The notes below the pieces were generated by a model, which was given only the letters and a program-made list of their open reading frames with translations, was not told where the DNA came from and ran no database searches. Below, in pieces: positions 15,051-17,492 of a DNA stretch of 17,492 bases; within the stretch, counting starts at the first letter, position 1; every line of letters starts with the position of its first letter. The position numbers and the translations under genes were made by a program. This stretch comes from Methanotrichaceae archaeon. GTDB lineage: Archaea > Halobacteriota > Methanosarcinia > Methanotrichales > Methanotrichaceae. The DNA is taken from the NCBI GenBank assembly GCA_963754945.1, contig CAVWIG010000003.1:1-17492 (forward strand). Direction: 5' to 3'.

Positions 15051-16196
15051 TCACTGTTTTCCCGTAGCCGCCGTCAGCAAAGTGACATTGGACTTGCTGA
15101 AGAAGCCGTTGAAATCTCCGTACCGGTGAATGTATTCGTTAACCAGCAGTGTGTTCCGGGAAGGTTCTGTGAAAGTCTGCTTCAAACCCTCTTCAGGCGA
15201 CCCCACCAGCTCAATCAGGAACTTCATTTCGTCGCTGACCAATGAACTGTATGTATCTTCTATCTCTTCTGTCTGGAAGGCTATGTGGTGCACTCTGTTC
15301 CCGTAGTTGTGAATGAACTTCTCCGTTGGCCCTGATATCTCATCGCTGATGTAAGGCGATATTCCTGAAGTGAAGACCATGGCAAAATCCTTTTGGGAAA
15401 GCCTAGCCACGCTGGTTATGGAATTATGGGGTTTTACGTAAATGGCGAAGTCGAAGTTATAGTTGGTAAGCCTCATGAACTCGATTATTGCAAGGTCCCT
15501 GTCCTGGGCCTTTACCCTGGTGGCTGCATGATCAAGCCAGCGTATGTTCTGTAGGTGATCCAGCTTCGGCTTTTTCAGATCCCAGTCCAATATGCTACTC
15601 TCCGAGGTTCCGTAGCGCCCTTTCTCTCCAGTCCACTGAATAAAACCAAGAGAGTTTCCTGTGCACTTTGACGGCAATGTCTGAATGAAGGAGTAGTTGT
15701 CCAGGCGGACAATCTCATCGGTGAGAAACTCGAACCCTCTGGATTTTTGGATGGATACGTACTTCTCGATGTCCTTCGTCTCGAAGACGAATGTTTCCAG
15801 CCTAGTGTTGGGAAGGCGCCTGGATTTGGGGGCCAGGTTGAGCCGATAAAAGGGGTTCTCTCCTTTTATTCTGGACCTGATCAGAAAGTCGGCTGAACGG
15901 AACTCATCTGAGCCTGGAGTCTTCAGCACACAGGTCCTGTATTCTTCATCCTGAAACACGCCATCGAACTCCAGTCCCGTGTACCTCAGAAGCTCCTCGG
16001 CCGCGGATCTCTGCCTTTCGGGCTCCGTGTTTATGATAACTGCCTGGAGGCCTCCCACCAGGCCTTCAAGCCCCAGCCACTTTCTTTCGGCTATGATTCT
16101 GGGAGCCTTTTCCAACAGATACTCATCGCTATTTCTAAGATCTTTCAGCAGATCGGCTTCAGTCTCAGGTTCGATTTTTTCTTTCATCTCTTTCAT
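15051..16196 (-). CDS. VOC-superfamily protein resembling 4-hydroxyphenylpyruvate dioxygenase; function unknown
   Basis: C-terminal half has LDHAATRV, FIHNYGNRVHHIAF, LKQTFT and NEYIHRYGDFNGFFSKSNVTLL, paralleling the HPPD His/His/Glu metal triad and the LLQIFT / GFG.GNF motifs. Confidence 0.7.
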   Translation of the reverse strand: MKEMKEKIEPETEADLLKDLRNSDEYLLEKAPRIIAERKWLGLEGLVGGLQAVIINTEPERQRSAAEELLRYTGLEFDGVFQDEEYRTCVLKTPGSDEFRSADFLIRSRIKGENPFYRLNLAPKSRRLPNTRLETFVFETKDIEKYVSIQKSRGFEFLTDEIVRLDNYSFIQTLPSKCTGNSLGFIQWTGEKGRYGTSESSILDWDLKKPKLDHLQNIRWLDHAATRVKAQDRDLAIIEFMRLTNYNFDFAIYVKPHNSITSVARLSQKDFAMVFTSGISPYISDEISGPTEKFIHNYGNRVHHIAFQTEEIEDTYSSLVSDEMKFLIELVGSPEEGLKQTFTEPSRNTLLVNEYIHRYGDFNGFFSKSNVTLLTAATGKQ

Positions 16197-16224
16197 CTAG
16201 ATCCCTGATCTTAAGGCTATTAGA

Positions 16225-16599
16225 TTACGATTCAACTCCAAAGACTACTTCGTCTTCCTTTCTCCACATAGGGTGGACTATTGCAAGGAATTTCAAATCA
16301 TCAGTTCCTGTATTCTGAATGTACTGCTTTGAGCCGGGCGGGATGTAGACGGCTTGGCCTTGTGTGACAGCGGCAGATTCATCATCTATGTGCATTACGC
16401 CCTGGCCTTCCAAAATGAAGTACACCTCCGAAGACTCTTTTAGAAGGTGAGGCTGCGACGTCATGCCCGGCTTCAGCACTGCATGGGCAATGCTGTAGGG
16501 AAGGACTATGTCATCCCTGGCTGGATGGATAAGTTCGCATAGAGTAGTCTTATCAAAGGCCTGGAAGTAATTACCTTCCTGGATGGGCTTTATGAACAT
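16225..16599 (-). CDS. Cupin domain protein
   Basis: SQPHLLKESSEVYFILEGQGVMHID...GQAVYIPPGSKQYIQNTG..DLKFL (cupin_2-like). Confidence 0.92.
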   Translation of the reverse strand: MFIKPIQEGNYFQAFDKTTLCELIHPARDDIVLPYSIAHAVLKPGMTSQPHLLKESSEVYFILEGQGVMHIDDESAAVTQGQAVYIPPGSKQYIQNTGTDDLKFLAIVHPMWRKEDEVVFGVES

Positions 16600-16903
16600 G
16601 CGATAATGGTAATCGCTTCATCATTATTTAATCTCACCTGCGGACCGCAGATATTTTCGAATTTGGGACTCTGCCGCCAGGATTCCTGCTGACCGATCTA
16701 ATGAACGAAGTCCGGTACGATTCGTGAGGTGAAGAATCGAATCTCCAGGGCTTTTCTTGGCATGCAGGAATGAGGACTTCATGTTTTTAATTATACATAT
16801 ACAAGTCAGTGATTCTGTTTGGGCGAAAATACAGCTTGGCCAAGGCTCACACATTTTACTTGTACTGCAGTTATGATTCTAACGAAAGGTTGCCCGCTTC
16901 CCA

Positions 16904-17289
16904 TCACATGCTCCCGATGGCTTCCACAGGGTCCATCCTCGAAGCCTTCCAGGCCGGATATAGGCCAGCCACGAAATTCACAAAAATTGCCCCGACCATA
17001 ACGTACAACAAGAACTCAGGCTTCATGGACACAGTCAATCTGGACACCCGATAGATGTCCGAAGGCAACTCTACGCTATAGGACATTATCAACTTGGCCA
17101 TTAGATAAGCAAGCATGCTGCCGAGGATCGCCGAGGGAGGTGCCAGGATAAGGCTCTCCAACATGAAGATCTTAGGATGGACCATCGCGTTGCCCCCATG
17201 GCCATCAGGATGCCGATCTCTTTTGTACGCCTGGTCACTATCATTATCATTGAGTTTGCTATGCCGAAGCACGCAATGATACCTATTAA
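16904..17289 (-). pseudogene. C-terminal fragment of a FtsX/LolE/MacB-type ABC transporter permease, frameshifted and cut by IS256
   Basis: One frame gives LIGIIACFGIANSMIMIVTRRTKEIGILMAMGATRWSIL. After an apparent 1-bp loss near 17172-17174, another frame gives KIFMLESLIL...AGLYPAWKASRMDPVEAI. Homology stops at the IS end (17290). Confidence 0.88.
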
Positions 17290-17492
17290 GGCAGTGTAAC
17301 GATTTTTCTGTACTTTGATAATAAGAATGATTATCGGCCCTGTATCCTATCCAATCTTGAGAAAAGGAGGACACAGGACCATGATACCCATAGCACTCTT
17401 GGAAGATTACCTTATCGATCAGGAAGATGGACTAAAGAAGCTTCTGACCTGGTTCTTGAACCTTGTAATGCAGCTAGAAGCGGCGCAACAGG
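17290..17492 (+). mobile_element. Left end of an IS256-family insertion sequence (continues beyond the window)
   Basis: GGCAGTGTAACGATTTTTCTGTAC resembles IS256-family terminal repeats. It lies exactly where the permease homology breaks and precedes a transposase start. Confidence 0.72.
17381..17492 (+). CDS. IS256-family transposase, N-terminus (partial)
   Basis: AGGAGG RBS-like motif, then MIPIALLEDYLIDQEDGLKKLLTWFLNLVMQLEAAQQ, open to the window end. This resembles the IS256 N-terminal l...l..vm..E helix. Confidence 0.72.
   Translation, partial: MIPIALLEDYLIDQEDGLKKLLTWFLNLVMQLEAAQQ

Noticed and set aside
16904-17374. 156-aa ORF as an intact gene
   Set aside because: Its N-terminal part is out-of-frame permease and IS sequence. 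Only the last ~90 aa are real.
1-17492. CRISPR arrays, tRNA or rRNA genes
   Set aside because: No regularly spaced repeats or recognisable tRNA/rRNA sequence were seen on either strand.

Overview
Accessory-type region, most likely from a methanogenic archaeon (Methanothrix/Methanosarcinales-like). The host call is inferred from TATA/BRE-like promoters, PIP-box-like C-termini and an archaeal-type GAPN. In order: a secreted S53 (kumamolisin-like) protease running off the left edge and missed by the ORF track; a single-ORF IS66-family transposase; a DHA2 MFS exporter; a decayed endonuclease III-like fragment; the radical SAM + DUF4130 putative DNA-repair pair; a double-fasciclin exported protein; a GAPN-type aldehyde dehydrogenase; a tandem-rhodanese sulfurtransferase + MBL-fold/rhodanese operon; and a secreted Ada-type Zn-domain protein. 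Next is an AT-richer block of three co-oriented toxin/nuclease-type genes: a HEPN-like RxxxxH protein, a DUF2441 ADP-ribosyltransferase-like protein, and a NYN RNase preceded by a perfect hairpin. The window ends with a cupin + HPPD-like VOC pair and a frameshifted FtsX/LolE-type permease remnant cut by an IS256-family element. The best candidate for an undescribed system is the HEPN-ART-NYN block at about 12.6-14.9 kb. All family assignments come from motif recognition by eye, not from database searches.
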